Below are positions 18,219 to 28,301 of a stretch of 64,000 nucleotides of DNA, in pieces (the first letter of the stretch is position 1; each line of letters begins with the position of its first letter). A model generated the notes under the pieces. The model was not told the DNA's origin. It made no database searches and saw only the letters and a program-made list of their open reading frames with translations. The stretch is taken from IMG/VR virus record IMGVR_UViG_3300044514_000040, one strand, 5' to 3'. Both the position numbers and the translations under genes were made by a program. The stretch comes from a virus.

Positions 18219-18404
18219 TTGTTAGTTTTAAGCCGGAAGAAGAATGAAAGCATCGAAATCCAAACAAGTGACGGCATCATCGAAGTTGTCGTCGTCGCAA
18301 TCCTTGGTGACAAAGTGAAGCTGGGCTTTCAGGCACCGCCTGAAGTTCCGGTCCACCGGAAAGAAATCGCGGACAACATCAGGCGCGATGGCCCACTGAA
18401 ATGA
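18219..18404 (+). CDS. csrA: Carbon storage regulator CsrA/RsmA homolog
   Basis: GGAGG RBS, TTG start, [14 protein letters not shown]...VKLGFQAP...VHRKEI. Confidence 0.92.
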   Translation: MLVLSRKKNESIEIQTSDGIIEVVVVAILGDKVKLGFQAPPEVPVHRKEIADNIRRDGPLK

Positions 18405-18511
18405 CGCAGCATCCGTTGCCGAGACTGGCTACGCCACCGGCACAAATGGATGGAGATAGCCAATGACTCAATTGCAGGGGCTTTCGACTGTACTAGGCGA
18501 CGGAGATAACC

Positions 18512-19480
18512 ATGACGGATAAACGATCAAAGCCGAAGACACCACGCAAGCCGCGCGGAACGTTCCACGTATTCAAGTGCACGCGAGCGAGTGGCCGAGA
18601 CTTCTACTCGGATGCCATCGACTACGCCAAGCACTTGGAGGATGGAACTCCAATCGACATCAGCGACCCGGCGCCAGCCGATGCAGGCGTGTGTGGTCGA
18701 GGCATCCACGCTTCCCTGGACGTAAAGCAGACCCTCCGGTTTGCCAATCGCTCATATCGTCCGTACCGATGGTTCAGGTTGCTGGTCCGTAAGCAAGACG
18801 AACTCTGCCGAGACAACACCAAAATCAGGTTCTCTCGCATCGAGCGCGTCGAAGCCGAGCTGAGTTTCGCGGATGTGTTTGGCTATGAACTCGCCGAGCG
18901 CGTGACAGAAGCACGAGAGGAGATTGCTTCCTGGAAGACGATTCCTTGGTTGAATCATGGCAGACATGTAACCGATAAAGAATTGACAACTCTCTTCCGG
19001 CAGTGGCGTAAGGCGATCATGCCGTGGCTCAAGGACAAGAAGGCGCTGCCAACGAAAGTGCGCGTAGTGCGCACTGCTGCTGATGCTGATGCTGATGCTG
19101 ATGCTGCTGCTGCTGCTGATGCTGCTGCTGCTGCTGCTGATGCTGCTGCTGCTGCTGCTGATGCTGCTGCTGCTGCTGATGCTGATGCTGATGCTGCTGC
19201 TGCTGCTGCTGATGCTGCTGCTGCTGATGCTGCTGATGCTGCTGCTGATGCTGATGCTGCTGATGCTGCTTGGCACAAGTGGCATTGGCGTCGTTGGTAC
19301 GTCAGGCCGTATTATGTCTTACGTCGGCAGGCACGCTGGCTTCTTGGCGGCATGACTGGGCCGTCGATGTGGGAGCCGATCATCGCCATGTACAAGCTCG
19401 GCTGCCTTCCGATCGGTTACGTCAAGGATGAGTTTGTCATTTATGCGCCGGATGCTAAGGACCAAAAGAATGTCGAATAA
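18512..19480 (+). CDS. Hypothetical protein with a 65-residue Ala/Asp tract
   Basis: GGAG RBS; CGRGIHA motif; poly-A/D insert. Confidence 0.8.
   Translation: MTDKRSKPKTPRKPRGTFHVFKCTRASGRDFYSDAIDYAKHLEDGTPIDISDPAPADAGVCGRGIHASLDVKQTLRFANRSYRPYRWFRLLVRKQDELCRDNTKIRFSRIERVEAELSFADVFGYELAERVTEAREEIASWKTIPWLNHGRHVTDKELTTLFRQWRKAIMPWLKDKKALPTKVRVVRTAADADADADAAAAADAAAAAADAAAAAADAAAAADADADAAAAAADAAAADAADAAADADAADAAWHKWHWRRWYVRPYYVLRRQARWLLGGMTGPSMWEPIIAMYKLGCLPIGYVKDEFVIYAPDAKDQKNVE
19076..19270 (+). repeat. GCT/GAT trinucleotide tract (195 bp)
   Basis: Only GCT and GAT triplets. Confidence 0.95.
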
Positions 19481-19853
19481 TCACCAACCATCATTCGCGA
19501 CAGACCATCAATGGTCCTACGCGCGCCACCGCACCGTCGAAGGCGAATACCTCGTGATCCGTGACGACAGGCCGGGCGCGTACACACTCTGCAACGAGAC
19601 GAACGGCAGACTGCTCAAAGCCGGATTGTCTCGTGAGGAAGCCGTGGACATCATCAAGCAGTGGCTGGCGGAGCGCGCGCCGTGCGATCTAGCGCCTGGC
19701 GCCATGACCCGCACGGATGTCTTTGGCGGCGCGACGAAACTTGGCCTCGTGCCGAACGGCGTTCTGGCGGTCACGCCGAAGACCGTGCCGTACATTGAAC
19801 CGCCTTTGAAGCGGTCAATGCCACGGTCGCATCGCACCGCAATTTTGGAGTAG
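19470..19853 (+). CDS. Hypothetical protein
   Basis: Overlaps the upstream stop; operon-like packing. Confidence 0.65.
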   Translation: MSNNHQPSFATDHQWSYARHRTVEGEYLVIRDDRPGAYTLCNETNGRLLKAGLSREEAVDIIKQWLAERAPCDLAPGAMTRTDVFGGATKLGLVPNGVLAVTPKTVPYIEPPLKRSMPRSHRTAILE

Positions 19854-19857
19854 CGCC

Positions 19858-20574
19858 ATGACCATCGCAATTCCTGACCAGCCCATTTTGTTCCGGCCGG
19901 ACATGGTAGCCGCAATCCTGCGCGACGAGAACCCAAAGACGCAGACGCGCCGGCTCATCAAGCCGCAACCGGAACAGCAAGGCGAAGTGCACCGGAGACC
20001 GGCGTGGTACTGGAATGGCGGCGCGGCACTGCGCCGGATTGGCCACGAGTGCGGATACGTGCATACGAACTGGTCGGCGCTGGAGAGAATCTTGCTGGAG
20101 GCATCTCGTTTCAAGGTTGGCGGCAAGCTATGGGTGCGCGAGACGTGGCAAGCCTACGCGCCGCAAACGAAGAGGTTCGGCGGCACGGGCGTTTTGGCTG
20201 GTGCGTCGATGCGCGTCTTTGCTCGCAAGCCGATTCAAGGTGAATCGCTCATCGAGTACCGGGCCGACCATCTCTCTGACAACGGCCAGGTGTGGCGTTC
20301 GTCGTTGCACCTGCCACGCTGGGCGTCGCGTCTGACGCTGGAGATCACGGACGTGCGCGTCGAGTGGCTTCAAGACATCAGCGAGGAGGACGCAAAGGCC
20401 GAAGGAGTCGAACGCATTGTGACTCGCATTGTGAAGCCCGGCAGCGTGCCGATTGAGTACATGACGCTCACACACAGCGATTACTTCGCCGACTTATGGG
20501 ACAAGATCAATCCGAAACATCCGTGGGCGGCGAATCCGCTGGTGCTCGCTATCTCTTTCCGAAAGGCTGAATGA
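19858..20574 (+). CDS. Conserved phage protein (ASCH-like)
   Basis: PILF...MVAAIL...KTQTRR, LWVRETW, PRWASRLTLEITDVRVE.LQDISEEDAKAEG. Confidence 0.8.
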   Translation: MTIAIPDQPILFRPDMVAAILRDENPKTQTRRLIKPQPEQQGEVHRRPAWYWNGGAALRRIGHECGYVHTNWSALERILLEASRFKVGGKLWVRETWQAYAPQTKRFGGTGVLAGASMRVFARKPIQGESLIEYRADHLSDNGQVWRSSLHLPRWASRLTLEITDVRVEWLQDISEEDAKAEGVERIVTRIVKPGSVPIEYMTLTHSDYFADLWDKINPKHPWAANPLVLAISFRKAE

Positions 20575-20589
20575 CATGGCCTTGAGGCG

Positions 20590-22098
20590 ATGTGGGATTG
20601 CCGAGGCAATCAGACCATGATCGCGCACGCTCCATTCACAATCGCGCAGGCCATCAATTGGCCAACTGACGACGGCCCGTACTTCATCGGCTACGGCCGC
20701 GTCAGCGAAAGGCGCAGCGCGGACTCGGATATCTCCATCCCGGTGCAAATCGAGGATGGCAGCGAGATCCGAGACGAGCAGTTCCCGGACGTGCCCTGGT
20801 TCCCTCGCTCCTACTGCGCTCCGAAGTACGCTTCGCAGTTCAAAGGTGGCGCGCCGCAGGACGGCTGGTTTGTGGACCATTACGAATCCGCCTGGAAACG
20901 CTCGCTCTATCAGCGCCCCGCCGGGATGTACGTGATACCGCTCTTGCGGCCTGGCTGGCACTTGGTGGTTCACGAGATCAGCCGGATGTTCCGGTCGATC
21001 TACCACTTCTGCAAGGAAGCCGTGCCGCTCGCCGAAGCGGGCGTGAACATCCACTTTGTACAGAGTGACCTTGGTGATATCACCAGCGCGGACGGGCACT
21101 TCATGGCGTGCTTCCTGGCGCTCTACGCGCAGTGGAAGTCCGACACGATGAGCGAGCGGATTAAGGAAGGCAATGCCGCGAAACGTGCCGCCAGAGACGA
21201 ACCGGAGAAGCGTCAGATTGTTCGCGTGGACAAGGCACTGTCCCTGCCATCCAGATACCGATACCTGAAGCGCAAGACGGAATCCTTGGCCGCTGCCACG
21301 CCGGGAACGTTTTACACGTACGCCAGGAAGTCGCATTCGGACGTACATCCGGAGCGACTGATGAAGGCGCAGTTGGACAACGCGCTGCGATACGGCAGGC
21401 GATTGGCGCAGAAGCATCCGGGATTGACGCTCTCCGATCAGCCGTACATCGACGACGGCGTGAGCGCGTACAAGGTGCCGTTTCGGGGGCGCCCGGCTGG
21501 CAAGCTGCTCTTTGAGATGGTCAAGCCGGGAGACTGCATCGGGTTCGGACGGTTCGACAGGGCGTTCAGGAACCCGATCGACGCGCGGCAGACGGAGGCT
21601 GACCTGCGAGCGCGTGGCGTGTCCTGTCACTTCTGCAACGTGCATATCGACGCGACTACGGCCATCGGACAGGCCATGCTGACCATCCTCGCGACTCTCG
21701 CGGAACTTGAAGCCGCGGAGATCGGAATGAAGATGAAGGCCATCTTGGGCTGGCTTGCGGACCAAGGAAGGCCGGTCAATCAAAAGACACCGCGCGGCTG
21801 GTATAGGAAGCGATTTGGGAAGTGCATTCGATTTGAGCCTGACTGGCAGGAGATCGACAGGATTCAGGTCGCGCACTACCTGCACAAAGAACTCGGCTGG
21901 ACACTCTGGTCTATCAGCGACCTATTTGAACAACAAATTGCCGAGGAAGAGAACAGGTCGATGTTGCCGAGGCACGGGACGGGTGAAGTCGGCGGGCGCG
22001 GCAGGGCGGCGTACAGGCCGCGCCGCTGGCGCACTGGAAATTTGTGGTACGCGATTCAGGAGTGGCCGGAACTTGCGGAAATGTTGGAGGTAAGCTAA
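20590..22098 (+). CDS. Serine recombinase with two tandem resolvase catalytic domains
   Basis: Domain 1 IGYGRVS...SRMFRS; domain 2 YTYARKS...RPAG...DRAFRN; start may be 20617. Confidence 0.85.
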   Translation: MWDCRGNQTMIAHAPFTIAQAINWPTDDGPYFIGYGRVSERRSADSDISIPVQIEDGSEIRDEQFPDVPWFPRSYCAPKYASQFKGGAPQDGWFVDHYESAWKRSLYQRPAGMYVIPLLRPGWHLVVHEISRMFRSIYHFCKEAVPLAEAGVNIHFVQSDLGDITSADGHFMACFLALYAQWKSDTMSERIKEGNAAKRAARDEPEKRQIVRVDKALSLPSRYRYLKRKTESLAAATPGTFYTYARKSHSDVHPERLMKAQLDNALRYGRRLAQKHPGLTLSDQPYIDDGVSAYKVPFRGRPAGKLLFEMVKPGDCIGFGRFDRAFRNPIDARQTEADLRARGVSCHFCNVHIDATTAIGQAMLTILATLAELEAAEIGMKMKAILGWLADQGRPVNQKTPRGWYRKRFGKCIRFEPDWQEIDRIQVAHYLHKELGWTLWSISDLFEQQIAEEENRSMLPRHGTGEVGGRGRAAYRPRRWRTGNLWYAIQEWPELAEMLEVS

Positions 22099-22262
22099 CC
22101 GCACGGCTGAAGCGGGCGGCTTTGCGCCTGGGGAGGCCCGACACGTTTGAGGCACGCTTACGGTGCCCAAGTCCGAACCGTTTCGGACGGTGCGAGTAAA
22201 CTGTTGACCGCCAAAGCGGTGCCTTCGCGACCATTACTTTAACACAGGAGCGGCGATTCCGC
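22090..22262 (-). mobile_element. Non-autonomous IS200/IS605 mini-element carrying a TnpB omegaRNA-like scaffold, copy 1 (one end truncated)
   Basis: Near-identical to 24152-24326; end hairpin like that at 41809. Confidence 0.75.
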
Positions 22263-22356
22263 ACCCGAATTGAACGCCCGCCCGGTGCGTGAACCGGGCT
22301 TCATCCCGCCGCCTCTGTCGAGACGGTGGGACGAAAACCACGAAAGGAAATGCAAA

Positions 22357-22614
22357 ATGGATAAATACGTAACCAAGGGCGGCGCGATCTATTCGGTTGT
22401 CGCAGACGCCGGCGTCCGAGAAGTAGAGCACGATGACGACGATTGCACGGGGGTTGATGGGGTCGCGTATATCTGCGACGCCGAATTCCAGATCGGCAAG
22501 GACCGCGGCAGCCGGGCCGGAAATCTTCGTGTGATCGCAAAAACGGAGCCCGGAAACCGCGGTAAGGAAGTGCTCTTAGACGGAGAGGTCGGGATGGTTC
22601 CAGCGTCGTACTAA
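22357..22614 (+). CDS. Hypothetical protein
   Basis: AAGGA RBS. Confidence 0.7.
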   Translation: MDKYVTKGGAIYSVVADAGVREVEHDDDDCTGVDGVAYICDAEFQIGKDRGSRAGNLRVIAKTEPGNRGKEVLLDGEVGMVPASY

Positions 22615-22628
22615 CCAAGGAGCACGAG

Positions 22629-22886
22629 ATGACCGAAAAAATCACAATCGAACTGTGGTGCGACGAGGACGGCCGTGAGGCGCTAGTGCGGGAGGCGTAC
22701 CGCACTAGCGTGTCTGGCGGGATTGAGGCCCTCTGCTCGGCCATCGTCAATGGCCTGGCGGCCAAGCTCGCCAGTGCCGATCAGTCGCGGCGGCGGGATG
22801 GATTCGAGGTGATTCGGCTGCTGTTGGGAGTGGCCTCGCCACGCCCCTACTTCGCGGAGCCGACCAATTTCACGGAGGCCGGATAA
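22629..22886 (+). CDS. Hypothetical protein
   Basis: AAGGAG RBS. Confidence 0.7.
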   Translation: MTEKITIELWCDEDGREALVREAYRTSVSGGIEALCSAIVNGLAAKLASADQSRRRDGFEVIRLLLGVASPRPYFAEPTNFTEAG

Positions 22887-23203
22887 TGGCTTGGCCCGCT
22901 GGAAAACACCGGCACTCGACAGACGCAGCTCGCTTCGTGCGGGCGTTGCTCGCCGAGTTCAGCTTCCGGGAACTGGCCCGGCTGTGCGGAGTATCGCCGC
23001 GCACGATTCAGCGGTGGGCCAGCGGCGAAGACTGGCCCACGGCGGAAGCGATGCACCGCTTGGTTGACCGTCTGTTCCCGCTCAGCGCGGGAGCCGGCCC
23101 GATCTACTCGCCGCAAATGGCGCTCGACGGCCACACGCGAGTGGGAGGAGTCGGGCAGTACACGATTGAGGCCGCACGCGGCTGTGCGATGCGGCCGGAG
23201 TGA
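22886..23203 (+). CDS. XRE-type HTH protein
   Basis: SFRELARLCGVSPRTIQRWASGEDWP. Confidence 0.8.
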   Translation: MAWPAGKHRHSTDAARFVRALLAEFSFRELARLCGVSPRTIQRWASGEDWPTAEAMHRLVDRLFPLSAGAGPIYSPQMALDGHTRVGGVGQYTIEAARGCAMRPE

Positions 23204-23541
23204 ATGGTCTGAATGGTCTGATCAGCGTCTCGGACAAAGCGGGCTAACGAGTGCCCTAGCCGGCCGCCGGCGAGCCGAGACGTGGGCGGAAACCGTGGAG
23301 CCAGCGGCGGTAATTCCACCGCTGGCTTTTTCTCTTACCTAAATTGGAGGCTTTATGTTCGGCATCGGGACGACGGAGTTGATCATCGTCGGTGCAATTT
23401 GCCTAGCTGAAGGTCAGAGGATATCGGCAAGTACTCGCCGGGTATGTCCGCAGCGAAGATCAGTACGTTTCATCGTGATTGGATAACACGCAACTTGTCG
23501 GACTTGGCGGCGGAGTTATTCCCGCCACCGGAGAGAGCTTG

Positions 23542-23847
23542 ATGAGCAAAGCGAAACAACGGACACGGAGACGCTTCCCCAGCAAAGCGTTGGATGGTCT
23601 GCGTTCGATGCTCGCCGACTACTCATTGCCGGACTCGCTGCGCGCGTCGCAGGTTTACAAGATGAGCGACCGTGAAGTTGAAGCGGCAATGCAAGGTCAC
23701 GCGAATTGGGACGACAGGCCAAAAGGCTGGACTAAACGTGATTTGCTGATGTGGTCGCGCGGGTATCTGCAACGAGAGAGATCGTTGTGCGGGAACGTCG
23801 AAAGTCAACTCCGAGCGGAGATTGCCGCACTTGAGGCCACGCCATGA
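23542..23847 (+). CDS. Hypothetical protein
   Basis: GGAG RBS, MSKAKQ. Confidence 0.65.
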   Translation: MSKAKQRTRRRFPSKALDGLRSMLADYSLPDSLRASQVYKMSDREVEAAMQGHANWDDRPKGWTKRDLLMWSRGYLQRERSLCGNVESQLRAEIAALEATP

Positions 23848-24155
23848 ACATCGGCATCGTCGGAACGCGCAAGGTGCGCGGCTTGCCGCATTGTCGTTGC
23901 GGCCGGCCTGTGACTGTCCGCTACGCAGAACGACACGGCGAAGGTGAGCATCCAAGTGACGGGCACTTGTGCGGCAGCCGCTCTATCGAAGCCTGGATTG
24001 ACTGCGAGCAATGCGGATGGGTGTCTGCCTTGATGGATACACGCAATTGGAGCGAGGAGCGGTTTGACGATGACCCGCTTACGACAGCAGACATTGCTGC
24101 GGCTATATCAGGCGCGTGCAAAGCGTGGCAAGAGCAGCACGCGGAGCGTACGTAA
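23844..24155 (+). CDS. Hypothetical Cys-rich protein
   Basis: ATGA overlap; CRCG and CEQC. Confidence 0.65.
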   Translation: MNIGIVGTRKVRGLPHCRCGRPVTVRYAERHGEGEHPSDGHLCGSRSIEAWIDCEQCGWVSALMDTRNWSEERFDDDPLTTADIAAAISGACKAWQEQHAERT

Positions 24156-24365
24156 GCTAACCGCACGGCTGAAGCGGGCGGCTTTGCGCCTGGGGAGGCC
24201 CGACACGTTTGAGGCACGCTTACGGTGCCCAAGTCCGAACCGTTTCGGACGGTGCGAGTAAACTGTTGACCGCCAAAGCGGTGCCTTCGCACGACCATTA
24301 CTTTAACACAGGAGCGGCGATTCCGCCAGATGCCTCAAGACACTGGTTTCCTCGCCGATAAATTG
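24152..24365 (-). mobile_element. Non-autonomous IS200/IS605 mini-element, copy 2 (both ends)
   Basis: GTAAGC...hairpin and GCGGCGATTCC-hairpin-TTCCTCGCCG; removing it restores an ATGA stop/start overlap. Confidence 0.8.
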
Positions 24366-24511
24366 ATGAAAGTCACGCCAAGCCGCGAGGAAATCTACGC
24401 GGCTGGCAACGGCGTTGCCGAATGGCTTGGGTTTGACGCCTGGGTCGATGTCGTCGTAATGCAGAATCCAGGACACGTCGCCGAGCTTAGGAAGATGGTC
24501 GCGTCGGCCTC

Positions 24512-24805
24512 TTGACGGCCGCTCGCTCACCGATTACATTTGTGCAAATGATCTCGAAATCGGAATTCAAGCGCACCCTCTCGGATCGTCTGCGGCTGGC
24601 CCGTGAGGCGCGAGGTTGGGATCAAAAGACGCTCGCCAAGGAAGCCGGCGTCAGCACCAGCGCCATTTGCCGCATCGAGGCGGCGAAGGTGATGCCAAGC
24701 GCTTACGTCGCCGTCGCCTTGGCGTACGCCGTGGGCGTGAACATCGGGACGTTGTTGCCCGCAGGCACTCCGCGAATTAGTCGGCGGCAGCGAGCCGGAC
24801 ATTGA
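24512..24805 (+). CDS. XRE-family HTH regulator
   Basis: RLRLAREARGWDQKTLAKEAGVSTSAICRIE. Confidence 0.85.
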   Translation: MTAARSPITFVQMISKSEFKRTLSDRLRLAREARGWDQKTLAKEAGVSTSAICRIEAAKVMPSAYVAVALAYAVGVNIGTLLPAGTPRISRRQRAGH

Positions 24806-24837
24806 CATCCACTGAAACCAAAGAAAGGCAAACTACC

Positions 24838-25197
24838 ATGACAGACCAATTGCCGCCAGTTGAACAACAACCAGCACCACCGAAGCCACGGAAGAAACGC
24901 ACGGCAACCGCCACGCCAAAGCCAAGGACGCCGCGCAATCGAACGCCGCGGTCGTACCTCGTGGAGATCCGCATCGCTCTAAGCCCGACGCCACAAGGCG
25001 GTCCTCCTGAGCCGCCAGATTACGCCTGGAAACCAGTAGCCACGTCAGCTATGGACAATCTGGCCATCCGCGACACCGCGTCCGCCAAGAAGTGGATTTG
25101 CGACAATGGGATAGACGGCGAGCGGTATCGCACCGTGATCGTCACGTCCGAAGGGACCGTGACCGAGAAGCAGACGACGAAGAGGCTGTTCGCGTAA
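24838..25197 (+). CDS. Hypothetical protein
   Basis: AAGG RBS, MTDQLPP. Confidence 0.65.
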   Translation: MTDQLPPVEQQPAPPKPRKKRTATATPKPRTPRNRTPRSYLVEIRIALSPTPQGGPPEPPDYAWKPVATSAMDNLAIRDTASAKKWICDNGIDGERYRTVIVTSEGTVTEKQTTKRLFA

Positions 25198-25373
25198 CGC
25201 CATGTCCATGTGCAACGGTGTGATTCATGTTGCTGTTTGTTAAAACCTACGAGTTTATTTACGAGGATGTAGGCTGGGACATCCGATACCTTACCTGGTC
25301 ACGAGAACACTGGGTGTGCTTGCCAGGTTGTGATTCAAAAGACGGATGGGTGTACGTCCCTGGAAGCGATGGA

Positions 25374-25422
25374 GTAAGCTAGCCAGATGCCTCAAGACAC
25401 TGGTTTCCTCGCCGATAAATTG
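25374..25422. mobile_element. Collapsed mini-element (left-end GTAAGCTA fused to the right-end hairpin)
   Basis: GCCAGATGCC...GATAAATTGATGAA identical to 24325-24370. Confidence 0.75.
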
Positions 25423-25541
25423 ATGAAGTGAAACACGCTCGGCTCACATGCGGCGTGGATGGACACAGGGGCGCAAGCACGCCCCGCACCCGCCTTAGCA
25501 AAGCGGTGTCTCCGCCACAGGAGACATAGAGAAGGTGGACG

Positions 25542-26507
25542 ATGGACGGCACCTCACCACAAACAGGCATCTACGCCGGGATTCCATTTCACGAATACGT
25601 GGAATGGCCGTACATCAACGGTTCCACGCTCGCCAAGGCGTTCGTCGATGGCATCCCGTCCGCCAAACACCTACTGGCTGCCATTGAGCACCGGCTGAAG
25701 GTGCCCGAGTCCAAGCAGATTGGATTCGGACGTGCCGGACATGCCAGGTTGCTGGAGCCGGTTTTTTTTTCGGAGCGGTTCAAGGTCGCGACGCCGTGTG
25801 CCGCGCTCATCAAGTCCAAGACGAGCTACCGCTGCGGCCTACCGTGCGGCAACGATCCGACGTACGAATTCGACGGGCAGTTCTATTGCGGAGTTCGCGG
25901 CCATGCGCCGGAAGGTGCCGTGCCGGTCGGTGAAGTCGTCACGGTCGAACAGGCGGCGCGATTGGAACGGATGGCCAAGGCCGTGCAGCAAGACCCGGCG
26001 ATTCATTTGCTGCGGACGCAAGGCGGGTTTGAGGAATCGTTTGTCGCTGAACTTGATGGCGTGCTGTGCAAAGGACGCTGTGACAAAATAATTACCAGCC
26101 CGCCACAGCCATATCCGGCAGGAGATTCTCGCAACTTTCCACGGTGCGTCGCGGATATCAAGTTCGTTTCCGCCAAGCGACACACCGACGCGATTTTCTT
26201 TCGTCAGGCTATCGACTTATTGTACGACGCAAAAGCTGCTTTTTACTTAGATGGATTGAAGGCCATCGACGGCATCGAAAGACGCTTCGTTTGGGCGGTT
26301 ATCGAGGCTGATGATCCGTTCGATATTTCGGTCAAGTTCGCCCCGCACGCGCTCATCCGATCTGGGCGAGAGCGATACAAGCAAGTGCTGGCGATGTACC
26401 AAGAGGGAGTCACGAAAGGCGTGTGGCCGGGTTTGTATAATGACGTTCACGACTTGGAACTGCCGGAGTGGTGGTGTAATGCAAATCGGGACCATTTTTC
26501 ACAATGA
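25542..26507 (+). CDS. RecE-like PD-(D/E)XK exonuclease (DUF3799-like)
   Basis: FGRAGHARLLEP, CKGRCD, ADIK, YDAKAAFY, WPG. Confidence 0.85.
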   Translation: MDGTSPQTGIYAGIPFHEYVEWPYINGSTLAKAFVDGIPSAKHLLAAIEHRLKVPESKQIGFGRAGHARLLEPVFFSERFKVATPCAALIKSKTSYRCGLPCGNDPTYEFDGQFYCGVRGHAPEGAVPVGEVVTVEQAARLERMAKAVQQDPAIHLLRTQGGFEESFVAELDGVLCKGRCDKIITSPPQPYPAGDSRNFPRCVADIKFVSAKRHTDAIFFRQAIDLLYDAKAAFYLDGLKAIDGIERRFVWAVIEADDPFDISVKFAPHALIRSGRERYKQVLAMYQEGVTKGVWPGLYNDVHDLELPEWWCNANRDHFSQ

Positions 26508-26640
26508 CAAGATGAGCAGGACCGAGAGTTAGTCAATGAATAGTCATCTATCTCATCGACGTTTTGAGCATCGGGGACTCTACGCTCCCGACGGCCTGCA
26601 AGGTGCGAACGAGCGGCGGCAGAGAAAGACGAGAGCGTCG

Positions 26641-27450
26641 ATGGCCACTGACATCAGAGAACCAACACCAGATCCCAGTCGCCTCATCGAGAAGGCGATG
26701 GAAAGCGGACTCCCTCCGGACTTGATCCAGGAGATTGTCAGGAACGCGACGCGCGTGCCGCAAATCTATGGACTCATTGCCGAGATTCAGAATGAGGTTG
26801 AGGCAGTCGGGAAGACTCAGTACAACAAGGCGCAGGAATTCTACTTCCGCTCCGTGGACCAAATTTACGACGTGGCTCACAGAATTTTCGCCAAGTACAA
26901 GGTGTTCTCCACGTCCACGATGGTTCAGATCGAACGAGAAGCCAAGGCAACACAGAAAGGCGGAATATCGTATCGAACGTGGGGCGTATTTCGCTACCAG
27001 TTCTGGGCACCGGACGGCTCACACGTCGATACCGAAGTCGCTGGGGAAGGTATGGACTCTGGCGACAAGGCGCCGTACAAGCTGATGGCAGGCTGCCACA
27101 AGTACGCTATCGCGCAAATGCTTTCTATCCCGTTCAAGGACATGCCGGACCCAGACCGCGACACTGGCGAACCGCCGCCGTCCCTATCAACGCTGAGTGA
27201 GGCAGCGCCGCCAGAGACAATGCAATCGCGGCTGATGAAACTTCGGCCGCGCTGGTCCCAGGTGCAAAAGGCGACTGGTCAGCCTGACAGCGCGCAGGAA
27301 TTTGTCGCTTGGGTCCGCAACATCACCGGCAATAAGTTCGACCCGTCGAAACCAGATCAGTGGCCGGAAGAAGCGTATATCCAGGTGCTGAAGTTTGTCG
27401 GGAATCTGGAGAAGAAACAGCGGGAAGGATCACTGGGATGTGGCGTATAG
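26641..27450 (+). CDS. ERF-family single-strand annealing protein
   Basis: GEGMDSGDKA...KYA...DPD motif; downstream of the exonuclease. Confidence 0.85.
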   Translation: MATDIREPTPDPSRLIEKAMESGLPPDLIQEIVRNATRVPQIYGLIAEIQNEVEAVGKTQYNKAQEFYFRSVDQIYDVAHRIFAKYKVFSTSTMVQIEREAKATQKGGISYRTWGVFRYQFWAPDGSHVDTEVAGEGMDSGDKAPYKLMAGCHKYAIAQMLSIPFKDMPDPDRDTGEPPPSLSTLSEAAPPETMQSRLMKLRPRWSQVQKATGQPDSAQEFVAWVRNITGNKFDPSKPDQWPEEAYIQVLKFVGNLEKKQREGSLGCGV

Positions 27451-27597
27451 CAGAAGCAACTGCCTGACACGGTGCATGATGTGGCTTGGAGTCGCGTACA
27501 TCGTCTTTGCCGTGCCGTTTTTGTTTCCATTTACACTCGCCAGGAACTCGCGCCGCTCACGGCCGGGTGATTCCGCGGCAACAAAAGGAACGACGAA

Positions 27598-27998
27598 TGA
27601 TGTCCAAAGAACGCAGAATCATTAACACGTACGACCAGCACGTCGTGGCCGGCGGGGATCGTATCTGCATCGTGTACCAGCCGCGCGGCTGCGACCGCAT
27701 GTGCGAATCTCCAGGATGGCATGTCGTTCGCTTTGTGAACGGCAAGGAAGTTCCGACTGACGAAAAGGCAGCGTGGTACGACCGCGGAAAGAAGTTCTTC
27801 GGGGCGTTGTACGACCTCGGTAAAACACACCACGAACGAAAGGCATCGTCGAGAGCCGATGCCGTCATGTGGGCTGAACGCACTTACGGCCGCAAGCTCG
27901 ACTTGGTACGCAACGGATTGGGCGAACTGGTGGAACGCGAAGTCCAGGAACTCGCGCCGCTCACGGCCAAGATGGTGCGAGAACGAAGGAAAGTCTGA
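27598..27998 (+). CDS. Hypothetical protein
   Basis: AAGGA RBS; flanked by a 25-bp direct repeat (27540, 27944). Confidence 0.7.
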
Positions 27999-28273
27999 AG
28001 TCATGCACAAGTGCCCATGCCTGATTGCGGACGAGCCGTGCCACCCTGGTTGCGCCTGCGTTAAGCCGCACTCATCGAGGGGATGTTGGTGCTGCGCTCG
28101 GCATGGGTCAGAAGCGCAGCGAAGGGTAGCGGCAAACGCAATCGTCGCCGCGTGCCGCGAGATGATTCGCAAGCACTGCGAAGAGTGGAACCGCAACATT
28201 GAGGAAGGCCACCCAGAACGGAATGTCGCGGACTCGTGATTTCTGAATCCGACTTGCCGGTGATAAATCAGGC

Positions 28274-28301
28274 TTGACACCTGGCACTGAAGGCCGATAA
28301 T
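28274..28301 (+). promoter_or_regulatory. Sigma70-like promoter
   Basis: TTGACA-N16-GATAAT. Confidence 0.5.

Noticed and set aside
18752..19355. Poly-Ser and poly-Leu ORFs
   Set aside because: Alternative-frame products of the GCT/GAT tract.
20494..21885. 463-aa minus-strand ORF
   Set aside because: Antisense shadow of the serine recombinase, with no motifs.
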